From positions 1-45,740 of IMG/VR virus record IMGVR_UViG_3300044513_003981: a stretch of DNA of 45,740 nucleotides, one strand, 5' to 3'. Position 1 is the stretch's first letter; every line of letters starts with the position of its first letter. The stretch is from a virus (lineage: Duplodnaviria > Caudoviricetes). Positions 16,084 to 25,094 of the stretch are shown one piece after another. The notes beneath the pieces are model-generated. The model saw only the letters and a list, made by a program, of their open reading frames with translations. It ran no database searches and was not told the DNA's origin. Position numbers and translations under genes: made by a program.

Positions 16084-16735
16084 CCCAACAAAATCTATCG
16101 CTGGAACAGTCTTCTATTTCTGGCGCGTCAAAGGAGGGAGCCTTTCTTCCCACTTTCCTAAAACAACTTGATCTATAATTTTGATACGCCGGAAAATCAT
16201 CTTTCTTTTCGTAAAAAATACTTTTCGCTAATTTCCCTTTGATTCCTCTTTTATCCATTTCCTTCTTAATCTGGAAATCATAAGGGTGTAGGTTGTCTTC
16301 TTCGTAAAATACTGGATCTTTTAAATCTTCATAAGGCAAGTAAAAGTTGCCAAAATTATGAATAGACTTATGGATGAAGCCGCCATAAAAAGGAAAGGCG
16401 ACCTGTAGATCATCATCTACAAGAGATTCGAATTTGGCTACTCCTTCTCTTTTCACGAAGGCATCTGTATAAATATTCCTTAGCTTTACAATTCCGCTTC
16501 CATTCTTAGCGAAAACAATGACTTTACTAGCTTCTCCTAGTAAGCTGCAATTAATCTTGAGACCAAAAACGAATCTTTTGCCAGTCTCCTTCTCCTTCTT
16601 CACAAGCCTCCTAAATGAATAGAAAGAATTTTCTACAAATGGGATTTCGTCTAATTCCTCTCCGAGTTCGAAAACTCTATCTGTAGTCAAAATTGATTTC
16701 CCAATGGAAAAGTGGGTTGTGAATAATGGTATCAT
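16055..16735 (-). CDS. Stand-alone PHP domain of DNA polymerase III alpha (degenerate metal ligands)
   Basis: MIPLFTTHFSIGKSILT (cf. HLHVHSxYSLLDG), FVFGLKI, VIVFAKNGSGIVKLRNIYTDA (cf. LLAKNxxGYxNL) and SIFYEKKDDF (cf. DxHY). Confidence 0.8.
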   Translation of the reverse strand: MIPLFTTHFSIGKSILTTDRVFELGEELDEIPFVENSFYSFRRLVKKEKETGKRFVFGLKINCSLLGEASKVIVFAKNGSGIVKLRNIYTDAFVKREGVAKFESLVDDDLQVAFPFYGGFIHKSIHNFGNFYLPYEDLKDPVFYEEDNLHPYDFQIKKEMDKRGIKGKLAKSIFYEKKDDFPAYQNYRSSCFRKVGRKAPSFDAPEIEDCSSDRFCWDEYKNYGRK

Positions 16736-16742
16736 CTATAAG

Positions 16743-16771
16743 AGTATACCGCCTTCCAGAAAGCCTGTCAA
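16743..16771 (-). promoter_or_regulatory. Sigma70 promoter TTGACA-17-TATACT (leaderless)
   Basis: TTGACA at 16771-16766, TATACT at 16748-16743, ATG at 16735. Confidence 0.75.
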
Positions 16772-17191
16772 CTAAAGATCTAGACTTTCTATCTGCTCTT
16801 GTAAATCCAAGTCTTCTCTAAGTCTATGGAGAGTGATTTCGTTTAATTCGCAGAATCTTTCTTTATCATCGTCCCTCCTTAATTGGTCAATAAATTTTGA
16901 TTTATTGTTTGAATGGAAGAACTTTGAGAAGGAATAATGCTGATTACCGTCTACTTCGATAGCTATTTTTTGAGATGCATTATAAAAATCCAAACTCATC
17001 CTAGTTCCTGCTACGGGAAGTTCTTCATAAACGAAGTCAGAATGCCAATACTCATACAAAAGTATTTTGGCTCTTCTTTGCAATTTAGAAAGAGATTTTC
17101 CGTCCCAATCTATCTTATACTTATAAGAGCTTTTAACTTTTGTAGGATAGCCTTTGAGGTTTTTAAACACCATTGAATATCTCTCTATCAC
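16772..17191 (-). CDS. DUF559/Vsr-like PD-(D/E)XK endonuclease
   Basis: SLDFYNASQKIAIEVDGNQHY and RRDDDKERFCELNEITLHRL. The start may be 17173. Confidence 0.75.
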   Translation of the reverse strand: MIERYSMVFKNLKGYPTKVKSSYKYKIDWDGKSLSKLQRRAKILLYEYWHSDFVYEELPVAGTRMSLDFYNASQKIAIEVDGNQHYSFSKFFHSNNKSKFIDQLRRDDDKERFCELNEITLHRLREDLDLQEQIESLDL

Positions 17192-18278
17192 AAAACGAGT
17201 TTAACTTTTTAGTCAAATCTTTGTCTTGCTCTAAAGCTCCATAAATATTATCCAGACCCTGCTTCTTAAATTCCTCGCCTAAGAATTCTGTCAAATCATC
17301 CGAAGAGTTAAACCAAGATCCCTTTTTCTCAATGAATCCCCAAGCTAATAGAAGGTCAACAATTTCTCGCTCGACCCAAATTGATGTTCCATTTTTTCTA
17401 CCGAACTTAATTGGATAGGAAATTGGAATCATAGAAGTTTCATTAGTAGATTTCCAAATCTTTATTTTAGCCATTCTACCAATGGGTTTATTACTAGCAC
17501 TGATTTGAGCATCTTTGCTTGGTAGAATATGATCATCCTGATTGGGTCTTAAAAATTCAATAACCCAGTCTGGGTAGTGAACAGCCGCGTTGCCTCCGCT
17601 TGCTCCTCCTAGCTTATTTTTATCTTTAGTAGCATATTGGCTCGCTCTAATTTCAGCCCTGACCTGACCCATCATGATGCATTGATGACCTCTTTTAGCC
17701 ATAGCTAAATTAACCCTTTTCAAAAAGTCACTCGTCATCACGGCTCCTGCTGCAACTTTAGCTGCGTCCGCTGTTCCTTTATCTAAAGCATCTTTAGGAA
17801 TAAGCCCGTCCATAGAATCGATAATAATACTATATCTAACTTTTCCAGCATTTTGTAGCAACGCCCTGATCCAGTCAAAAACGAATTCATAAACATTAGA
17901 TTCTACAACCAGAGTAGTGCCGATTTCCCATTCAGTAGGATCATGAACAAAATTAATTTTTGTCCTTTCTTTCATCTCTTCTGAAAGACGACCCTCTGCT
18001 TTGATAAAGATGCCTTTAGAACCCTCGACAGTCTGTAAAAAATTACCTTGAATCTCTAGAGCCTCTGCTGTTTTACCTGATTCTGTAGGTCCGACAAATC
18101 TGATCAGGCCGGATGAAAAACCCCCATCAGTAATTTCGTCTACAATCTTAGAACCAGTTGAGACCTTGTAATCTCCTTTGAACTCCTCGTAATTATAATG
18201 AAACTCCTTGTTAGATTTAAAAAACTTTTCTGTTATATCTTTGTCGGTCGTTTCTTTTTTAGTTGCAACTCTACTCAT
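17163..18278 (-). CDS. recA: RecA/UvsX-like recombinase
   Basis: VSTGS..VD, Walker A GPTESGKT, IIIDSMDGL, MGQVR, SGGNAAVHY and IEKKGSWF motifs. Confidence 0.9.
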   Translation of the reverse strand: MSRVATKKETTDKDITEKFFKSNKEFHYNYEEFKGDYKVSTGSKIVDEITDGGFSSGLIRFVGPTESGKTAEALEIQGNFLQTVEGSKGIFIKAEGRLSEEMKERTKINFVHDPTEWEIGTTLVVESNVYEFVFDWIRALLQNAGKVRYSIIIDSMDGLIPKDALDKGTADAAKVAAGAVMTSDFLKRVNLAMAKRGHQCIMMGQVRAEIRASQYATKDKNKLGGASGGNAAVHYPDWVIEFLRPNQDDHILPSKDAQISASNKPIGRMAKIKIWKSTNETSMIPISYPIKFGRKNGTSIWVEREIVDLLLAWGFIEKKGSWFNSSDDLTEFLGEEFKKQGLDNIYGALEQDKDLTKKLNSFCDREIFNGV

Positions 18279-18606
18279 TTAAAAATTCTCTAAATCCTTT
18301 GTTAATTTTCTTCGTATAATTGTATCCTTGTTTTTCAGTTCCCTCAACCACTTTGTCCTGCTTGGGCTTGTAAGAAAAGATCTTTGCATTCTTCTCTAAA
18401 TATTCCTTTCCATCCGGCGAAATAAACCAAGCAAGACTATTCATGTCAAATGGTTTTCTAACTACATTGAGAAAATCAACAGGATAAGTCGAAAAAATAT
18501 CTTTGGCTATCTTTTGCTCTCTAGCATAAATAACTTTAACATCAGGAGAGATCATCCTTTTTATGAAGTCTTTTCTTTCTTGGAAGTATGTTGGAGCCTT
18601 TGGCAT
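18271..18606 (-). CDS. Hypothetical protein
   Basis: 111-aa ORF coupled to recA. Confidence 0.7.
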   Translation of the reverse strand: MPKAPTYFQERKDFIKRMISPDVKVIYAREQKIAKDIFSTYPVDFLNVVRKPFDMNSLAWFISPDGKEYLEKNAKIFSYKPKQDKVVEGTEKQGYNYTKKINKGFREFLNE

Positions 18607-18608
18607 AT

Positions 18609-19364
18609 TTACAGAGAAACCACTTTCGGGATTTCTAATTTATGTTTTCTATAAAATTCTTCGTTAAATTCTACGCACTCTTTTTCTTCATTCCACTTAT
18701 AGCCGCAATGACCGAAGTGATCCATTTGATAGAAGCACTTTCGTTTTCCTATATTATCATTAAGCCAAGTATAATGATCAACCCAAGCTACTTCTTTTGG
18801 AATTTCTAAATTTTCTAATTCTTGATACAAATGAATATTTGCATTTGTAGTGTTAGTGTAATTTAAATCATTATCGCCGTAGAATTCTTTTAGGTAATAT
18901 TCAAAATAACTTTTCCTAAAAATTCTAGGTGGACAGAACGGTTCTTCCAAATAATGCTTTTTGTCAAATACAAAGTTCTTTAATGGCACTTTATACCAAC
19001 ATGAGTAATTTTTCTCGACATACTCGCAAATATTTTCAATATCTTCAGAGGAATAAATTTCATCTGCGTCTACAATAAACAAAAAATCAACATCATTATC
19101 CTTTAGGAAATCCAAGGCCAAACTTCTAGCGTCAGCTTCTTTGATGAATTTAGGGAAGTCAACTAAATTATGGATCTTTCCTTCTTTTAAATACTCACGC
19201 AGAATATTAGTAGTATCGTCTTCAAATGGTTCTTGATTTCTGTATTCCAAAAATGGAACCGAAACGGCGGAAATAACAAAGTTATCTCTACCGATAAAGT
19301 TCTTCAAAGAGTCCCTTACATACTCTTCTGAGTTGTATCCGCAAAATAATATTCCGTATTTCAT
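18609..19364 (-). CDS. Glycosyltransferase, GT-A fold (GT2-like)
   Basis: ILFCGYNSEEYVRDSL, FIVDADE (DXD), PRIFRK and VDHYTW. Confidence 0.8.
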   Translation of the reverse strand: MKYGILFCGYNSEEYVRDSLKNFIGRDNFVISAVSVPFLEYRNQEPFEDDTTNILREYLKEGKIHNLVDFPKFIKEADARSLALDFLKDNDVDFLFIVDADEIYSSEDIENICEYVEKNYSCWYKVPLKNFVFDKKHYLEEPFCPPRIFRKSYFEYYLKEFYGDNDLNYTNTTNANIHLYQELENLEIPKEVAWVDHYTWLNDNIGKRKCFYQMDHFGHCGYKWNEEKECVEFNEEFYRKHKLEIPKVVSL

Positions 19365-20140
19365 TTATTAGCCTTTATCCAATCCTCTTCTCCAATGTGT
19401 TCTGCATTAACTTTTCTAGGATCAAAAAAGCAGAATGGCTTTTCAGAATCTGAAAAAACTTTTAACATCTCGCCAGAAACTAATTCGCAATGGACATCAT
19501 TAAAAAAGGTTTCATGTTTTGATGCCTTTTTATTAATCAACCTAACTGAATGATACCATTCTTTTAATCTAACAATAGTTGGTTGAAATGTGAATGTAGG
19601 GCCGTATTCAGTGTATTTCAATCCTTGTCTGAAAATGCCTTCAACAATGCTCTCCTCTGCCTCTTGCAGGTTTTGATGAATATCGTGGTTTATCCTAACG
19701 CACATCGTATTTAAATCTCTATCCATTAGATTGATAGCATTAATTATAGATGATGTTGGATTTGTTTGAAAATTTAAGAGCCAGTCGTCTTCGCAGACAA
19801 GGACATACCTTTTTTTATGCAAAGGCCAATAACCTAAAGCTTTCTCCATGTCCTGATAATAACCATTAGCATGGGAAGAGGTGTTATGGCTCCAATCTCC
19901 GGCTGACATTAAAACATCAAATCCTTTTTCTTTCAAAAACTTAATCATTTCTGAAATAATTTCAGGCTTATCAGTTGATGAGTATTTTATATGAGCCACT
20001 CTAACAAGAGATTCCCAAAAATGAGGGAAGCACTGAATTAGTCTATTTACTGTGTGTTTGTAACAATCTGTATAACCGAAGTGACCTTTGGTTGAAGTAT
20101 ACAGCACTATGCCTAAATCGTCAACCATCATTTCCACCAC
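19361..20140 (-). CDS. Putative glycosyltransferase, GT-A fold
   Basis: YVLVCEDDWL, FTFQPTIVR and AEHIG motifs. Confidence 0.65.
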   Translation of the reverse strand: MVEMMVDDLGIVLYTSTKGHFGYTDCYKHTVNRLIQCFPHFWESLVRVAHIKYSSTDKPEIISEMIKFLKEKGFDVLMSAGDWSHNTSSHANGYYQDMEKALGYWPLHKKRYVLVCEDDWLLNFQTNPTSSIINAINLMDRDLNTMCVRINHDIHQNLQEAEESIVEGIFRQGLKYTEYGPTFTFQPTIVRLKEWYHSVRLINKKASKHETFFNDVHCELVSGEMLKVFSDSEKPFCFFDPRKVNAEHIGEEDWIKANK

Positions 20141-20934
20141 TCCTTTTCTAAACCATGAGGTCTTGCGTCGTTTTCTTTTTCCAAAGTATCTAAATCCTGT
20201 GCAACTTCAACTTTTTTCCCGTTTCTTGCGCTCCAAATTTTACTCCAAAATTTATTGTTTTCAATCCTGTTGTTTAAATTTAAATAACCTAAATGTATAA
20301 TGTGAGGAAATTGCGTATTGAATTTTCCGTTTTGCGTTTCTGTTTTAAAACTTAATTCGGCAATTGAAGACGTTAAATCTCCATTATGGTTGATTAATTC
20401 GCAAGTATCTGACTTTGTAACATCAATTGTTCCGTCATTTCTTATTGCGAAATTTACTGGACCTCTTTTCGTTCCAGCTTTGGTATGGATATACCATTTA
20501 GCATTTACTGATTTATAAGAGTCAAGGTCTTTATACAAATCAATTACTGGAATATGGCATCCTAGTGGGATTTTGAACTGAATAATTCTTTCAGCCAAAT
20601 CCTTCCAATAACTCTTTTTTCCGCCAATTCTTTCATCAAAATCCTGTTGAATGACGATTTCATTAGAGCAAGCTTGCAATGCTGCGTTTTTTAACTTTCC
20701 ATCAAAAAGAGGGTCGTCTAAATTTGTATCTTTTTCGACAACCACTTTAATACCACCTTTGAAGCTTATAGCCTCTGCCGCGCATTTAATCGCCGTAACG
20801 ATACTATTTTTTTCATCTTCAAAAGTGGCTATTGCAATTTCGTCTGCGTATTTAGACCAATTCAATAAAGCGTCTTCCAAGTCAAAAAGACCGCTCTGAA
20901 CGTTAAATAGAGAGGAGTATACAGAAATTTTCAC
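20128..20934 (-). CDS. Putative glycosyltransferase, GT-A fold
   Basis: MKISVYSSLFN, ADEIAI, KNAALQAC..EIVIQQDFDE (DXD) and IIHLGY. Confidence 0.75.
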   Translation of the reverse strand: MKISVYSSLFNVQSGLFDLEDALLNWSKYADEIAIATFEDEKNSIVTAIKCAAEAISFKGGIKVVVEKDTNLDDPLFDGKLKNAALQACSNEIVIQQDFDERIGGKKSYWKDLAERIIQFKIPLGCHIPVIDLYKDLDSYKSVNAKWYIHTKAGTKRGPVNFAIRNDGTIDVTKSDTCELINHNGDLTSSIAELSFKTETQNGKFNTQFPHIIHLGYLNLNNRIENNKFWSKIWSARNGKKVEVAQDLDTLEKENDARPHGLEKEWWK

Positions 20935-20965
20935 GAATTTTTTCTATTATGCATTTAAATAAATC

Positions 20966-21751
20966 CTATTCAGGCCAACCTTTGACATTAAAGGAACTCT
21001 TAACTTGATTTTCAGGAATTTTACCGTCTTCCCATTTTTGAGTTTCAATAACCTCTTCCCACTCTTTGTCAGACAAAGGCGGATAACTGAACTTTTCTTT
21101 AACTGGACCTTTTACAAGCCAAAGTTTCTTATTGTGAGGGAAGTGCTTCCATTCGCTTCCATCTGGATTTTGTCTAACACTACTCCAGCCACAATCCCCA
21201 AAAATAGGGAATATTCTGTTTCTCCCGTGATGAACAGAGAAAAACTTTAAATGATTTTTCTCCATGTAATCTTGAACACTTTCTTCTGACCATTTGAGAT
21301 CCTCAAGTGGACCGGGGCCTCCTCCAGATAATGGAGCTTTGAAATAATCCGATTTCCTAATGAACTGCGCCCTTTCTGAGTATTTGCCTTGGCCCTGATT
21401 TCCAGCTAAATCGATATAGAAAAAATCATCTTCATTAATAACTCTTTTAAATTCTGTTATATCTTCTTCTGTGATTTCACAATTTAAAACATGATCAACT
21501 TGAACATAAAAAGCGAACTCAGACTGACACTGCGCGAATAGCTGAATAGTCCCAAGCCCACAACCAGTATTGATTTTATTATGAATAATTTCGTCACAAA
21601 GACCAGCATCCAAAAATCCTTCCGAATATTTATTACCTCCGTTATTTAAAACTGTAATCTTTTTTTCAAACTTGGCATTTTGCTCTAAAGAAAGGAGTAA
21701 AGCTAATAGTTGTTCTGGTCTGTTATAGTCTAATATAAGTATTTCAGTCAT
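20966..21751 (-). CDS. Glycosyltransferase, GT2-like
   Basis: ILILDYNRPEQL..LL.SL, ITVLNNGG, NTGCGLG and FYVQVD. Confidence 0.75.
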   Translation of the reverse strand: MTEILILDYNRPEQLLALLLSLEQNAKFEKKITVLNNGGNKYSEGFLDAGLCDEIIHNKINTGCGLGTIQLFAQCQSEFAFYVQVDHVLNCEITEEDITEFKRVINEDDFFYIDLAGNQGQGKYSERAQFIRKSDYFKAPLSGGGPGPLEDLKWSEESVQDYMEKNHLKFFSVHHGRNRIFPIFGDCGWSSVRQNPDGSEWKHFPHNKKLWLVKGPVKEKFSYPPLSDKEWEEVIETQKWEDGKIPENQVKSSFNVKGWPE

Positions 21752-22166
21752 CTAGTTTAATATCTTGCGGAGGTTTCGTAAAATCAATTGTAGCATGTTT
21801 AGTTTCAATTTTACTTGGAACGTCGTGAAAATGCTTTGACTTGTTTTTTCTTTCGTAATCTTTGAAGAATTTTCTTTTAACAGGATCTTCTGCTCCTGAT
21901 TTGTGCTCCCTTTCTAGAGACGCCTCTCGGCTCATATCAAACATATCTCCCATTGTCCCTTTCATTTGACCTGCTTTTTCTGCGAGACCTCTTGTATCAA
22001 AAGGGTTAATTTTAGATACCGAATCGACAGAAGCATTTGGAACAGTCCAAAGTCTGCGACACTTATTGCCGTTTGAAGGGTTGAAAAAAGAGTGATCTTC
22101 TGACATTGTTTGAATAATATCAAACACTTCTCCTGTTTCGTCGTCTATGTAAGAATATAGAGGCAT
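21744..22166 (-). CDS. FmdB-like zinc-ribbon-derived protein (CxxC pairs absent)
   Basis: MPLYSY.....GEVFDIIQTMSE...RRLWTVP follows the FmdB pattern but has no CxxC. Confidence 0.55.
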   Translation of the reverse strand: MPLYSYIDDETGEVFDIIQTMSEDHSFFNPSNGNKCRRLWTVPNASVDSVSKINPFDTRGLAEKAGQMKGTMGDMFDMSREASLEREHKSGAEDPVKRKFFKDYERKNKSKHFHDVPSKIETKHATIDFTKPPQDIKLDD

Positions 22167-23248
22167 TATTGTCCTTTAATGATTTGTTTAATTTTATCAA
22201 TCGAGTCGGAATAAGTAAAGTCTTTTTGCAACTTTAACCCGTTTTTGTTCTCTGTCTTAGCCCTCTTAACAGCCTCTTCAATCCCTGAAATAATTGATTC
22301 GTCAGAAATTGAATAAAATTTGCCTTGATTAAAGGAAGATCCTTTGTGAAAAAATACATTGTCATAACAATCTCGTTTTTCTTTTTCAACATCAACTAGG
22401 ATCGCATTATCCTCTGTTGCCCAATCTTTATGAGCACTACAATTTGAAACAACGGACCAGTTACCAACGGCAGTGGCATTAAAGCTTGGAAGATTCCAGC
22501 CCTCTCCACTAGACAGTCCGCTTAGGTCGATATCAATTGATCTAGTAAGTAAGTTTACTTCGGAATTTGTTTTTAATGTATTTAAGAAATTAATATTATT
22601 CCAATGTTTATCGCCCACTGTCTGCGATATAACTTGCCTATAAATATCTTTCTGAAAAAACGGATTATTAACCAAGCAAGTTAGCTGATATTTAGGATTA
22701 TTACCGAATTTATCAAGCCAAAGTTTAATTATTCTTTGTGTGTTTTTTCTTTTTTCTAGCTTACCAACAAGCCCAAAATGTATTACGTCATCGTTCTTCT
22801 TTGGCTCAACTTTAATGATGTCTTGATCGAACCCTAATGGAACATAATGAACATTATCCAAGCCAGTTGAGGCAAAAAGGTCGCGAGCCTCTGAAGAAGA
22901 GAAGATTGTTGCTTTATTATTTTTAACTAGATTAATTTCCTCCAAAGTAGGCTCGTCTGTTTCATAGAAAGTGTATAAATATCGATTAGCCCCAAACGAT
23001 TCTTCTGATCCATCGATATGCCAAACTTTTAAAGTTGGCTCGTCTTGATCGAACCTTTTAAACCTACCCTCGTAAGCTTCTGAAATTCCTATTTTTACAG
23101 ACTCTTCCAAAAGATCAAATGCTGCAAGGTCGCAATTATTTTTCTGTGGAAAGAATGCAGTGAGATCCCCTTTTTTAATAAGTTCTCTCACGAAATTCAA
23201 AGATACATTTCCCAACGAAAGCGAATTGATAGGTGCGTTAAACTGCAT
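22166..23248 (-). CDS. Glycosyltransferase GT4 (GT-B)
   Basis: YTFYET, VPLGFD, GLVGKLEKRKN and SSGEGWNLPSFNATAVG. Confidence 0.85.
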   Translation of the reverse strand: MQFNAPINSLSLGNVSLNFVRELIKKGDLTAFFPQKNNCDLAAFDLLEESVKIGISEAYEGRFKRFDQDEPTLKVWHIDGSEESFGANRYLYTFYETDEPTLEEINLVKNNKATIFSSSEARDLFASTGLDNVHYVPLGFDQDIIKVEPKKNDDVIHFGLVGKLEKRKNTQRIIKLWLDKFGNNPKYQLTCLVNNPFFQKDIYRQVISQTVGDKHWNNINFLNTLKTNSEVNLLTRSIDIDLSGLSSGEGWNLPSFNATAVGNWSVVSNCSAHKDWATEDNAILVDVEKEKRDCYDNVFFHKGSSFNQGKFYSISDESIISGIEEAVKRAKTENKNGLKLQKDFTYSDSIDKIKQIIKGQ

Positions 23249-23813
23249 AAGACTTCTTTAAGTAATTTATAATTTTTTTATTAGTAGCTTGGACTGCTTG
23301 AGGAGAAACTCCGTATTTCTTTCCGACTTCTGCGAAAGTAGCCCCACAAGAATTCTTTCCACCAAAATAAACATCTTTAAAGATCTTATAGTGCTTTTCT
23401 GAGAATTTCAATTCAATTTTCTCCAGAACTCTTTGCGACTCTTCCTTGACTTCTGAATAAAACTGTCCTGATAGGTCTGTGGACCCTCCCATCTCTTCAA
23501 CGAATTCATGGAATTCTGGCTGACTTTTGAGTTTAGTTCTTTCAGTCAAGCAAACATATTTAGTTTTATTCGCCAACCAAGTCACGAACTTAACTCCTTT
23601 ATCTTCATTAAACGAACAAATGGCGTCATAAATTACCTCAACTTTTCTTTCGTAAAAATCATCTAGCTTGGATTTTTCCTTAAATCCCGGCAAATGCCTT
23701 TTAACCATATCATAATAAACTCCAGAATGTCTTTCTGACAATTCTATAAGAGCATCGCTACTATTTTGCTCCACGACTTCTTTGATTAAAATGCTGTCTT
23801 CTTTTTCTTTCAT
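23238..23813 (-). CDS. Phage sigma70-family sigma factor (start probably ATG 23813)
   Basis: Region 2 AICSFNEDKGVKFVTWL; region 4 HTH TFAEVGKKYGVSPQAVQ. The ATG follows the dUTPase stop by 1 nt. Confidence 0.8.
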   Translation of the reverse strand: MKEKEDSILIKEVVEQNSSDALIELSERHSGVYYDMVKRHLPGFKEKSKLDDFYERKVEVIYDAICSFNEDKGVKFVTWLANKTKYVCLTERTKLKSQPEFHEFVEEMGGSTDLSGQFYSEVKEESQRVLEKIELKFSEKHYKIFKDVYFGGKNSCGATFAEVGKKYGVSPQAVQATNKKIINYLKKSYAV

Positions 23814-23814
23814 G

Positions 23815-24249
23815 TTATTTCCCTGTGCTCCCAAATCCTTTATTTCCTCTAACGCTATCACAATCTTCAAATCTGTCAACAGAAATTATCTGAGGAGAGA
23901 CTGGCTGTAAGAAAACGATTTGCGCTATCTTGTCTCCCTTATTGTAAAGCTTACATGGCTTTACATCTCTTAAGATCCTGAATCTTAATTTGATCTCCCC
24001 TCTGTAAGACGCATCGATTAATCCCACGGAATTACAAAGGGATAAATTGTAATTACTGATACTTGATCTTGGGAAGATAAAGCCATGAAACTGGTTTGAA
24101 GAAGGGGCCAATCTTACTCCAGTTCCATACTCAATGAACCTACCCTCTCCTTGCACCTCGCCATCAGTTGCGGCAATCAAATCAATTCCAGCGTCTCCTG
24201 CTTTTGGTAGAACAAGACCGTTTCCAATGGTTTCAACGTATATTTCCAT
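23815..24249 (-). CDS. dut: Trimeric dUTPase
   Basis: AGIDL, FPRSS, NSVGLIDASYRGEI, IAQ and RGNKGFGSTG motifs. Confidence 0.95.
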   Translation of the reverse strand: MEIYVETIGNGLVLPKAGDAGIDLIAATDGEVQGEGRFIEYGTGVRLAPSSNQFHGFIFPRSSISNYNLSLCNSVGLIDASYRGEIKLRFRILRDVKPCKLYNKGDKIAQIVFLQPVSPQIISVDRFEDCDSVRGNKGFGSTGK

Positions 24250-24254
24250 AACTC

Positions 24255-24283
24255 ACTATAAGAGCCTCAAGAAGGAAAGTCAA
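24255..24283 (-). promoter_or_regulatory. Sigma70 promoter TTGACT-17-TATAGT (leaderless)
   Basis: TTGACT at 24283-24278, TATAGT at 24260-24255, ATG at 24249. Confidence 0.7.
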
Positions 24284-24453
24284 GCATTATTTTTTCTTTA
24301 TTTTGTAATTGCTTTTTGTCTCTAGAACTAATATATTACTCTCGTAAGACGGTTCATTCTTCGGCTCTTCTTTGGTTGCTCTGTGAGTTTCGAGCCTCAT
24401 CATTCCAGTCCGTTTTAATTAACCGAGGGAAAACTACTCGTTGTTTTTCCGAG

Positions 24454-24516
24454 AGACTCGCTTTGCGAGTCTACGTATAGAATACTTCGGAATACTTCCT
24501 ACGTATTCTATACGTA
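24454..24516. repeat. Palindrome cluster at the transcriptional divergence point
   Basis: AGACTCGC-TTT-GCGAGTCT at 24454-24472; 14-bp perfect inverted repeat TACGTATAGAATAC at 24472-24485/24503-24516; GAATACTTC twice (24480, 24490); TACGTA three times. Confidence 0.9.
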
Positions 24517-24568
24517 TAATATAAGCAGCAAAAAATATTTGTAGAGCTAAAAAATATCCCTTCTTCTA

Positions 24569-24596
24569 TTGACATGAGCCAAATAACTCTTATAAT
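24569..24596 (+). promoter_or_regulatory. Consensus sigma70 promoter TTGACA-16-TATAAT
   Basis: TTGACA at 24569-24574, TATAAT at 24591-24596, ATG at 24606. Confidence 0.8.
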
Positions 24597-24605
24597 GTCA
24601 GTTAT

Positions 24606-25094
24606 ATGAAAGAAGTAATAGTGACTCAAAAAATGCTCATCGACGCTAGAAAGAAGGCGGAAGAGATGGGCGCGATTAGGAATAGCATCCTAAACGGAGG
24701 TGGGAACCTTGCTGGATTCGTTGGTGAGTTCATTGCCCAAAAAGTCATGGGGGGAAAGATTCAGAATACCTTTGAATACGACCTTGTTCTTGATGATGGA
24801 ACGAAAGTTGACGTTAAATCAAAGCAGACAGCAGTTGTCCCTAAAGACTATTACGACTGCTCTGTTTCCGCATTTAGTAAGAAGCAGGATTGTGATCGTT
24901 ACGCCTTTGTCAGGGTAAAAAAAGATTTGACAGTAGGGTGGTTTTTAGGGACCGAAACTTCGGAAAATTATTTTAAGAAGGCTAGATTTCTAAAAAAGGG
25001 TGAAAAAGACGGCGATAATGGATTTACCGTCAGAGGGGATTGTTATAATTTGAAAATTTCAGAATTAGATCAATGGAAAAAAACAGAAGGGTAA
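24606..25094 (+). CDS. Putative PD-(D/E)XK nuclease-like protein
   Basis: GFVGEFIA...YDLVL...VDVKSK pattern. Confidence 0.55.
   Translation: MKEVIVTQKMLIDARKKAEEMGAIRNSILNGGGNLAGFVGEFIAQKVMGGKIQNTFEYDLVLDDGTKVDVKSKQTAVVPKDYYDCSVSAFSKKQDCDRYAFVRVKKDLTVGWFLGTETSENYFKKARFLKKGEKDGDNGFTVRGDCYNLKISELDQWKKTEG

Noticed and set aside
23814-23879. Extended TTG start for the sigma factor given in the ORF track
   Set aside because: It overlaps the dUTPase C-terminal motif; ATG 23813 directly after the dUTPase stop is more plausible.
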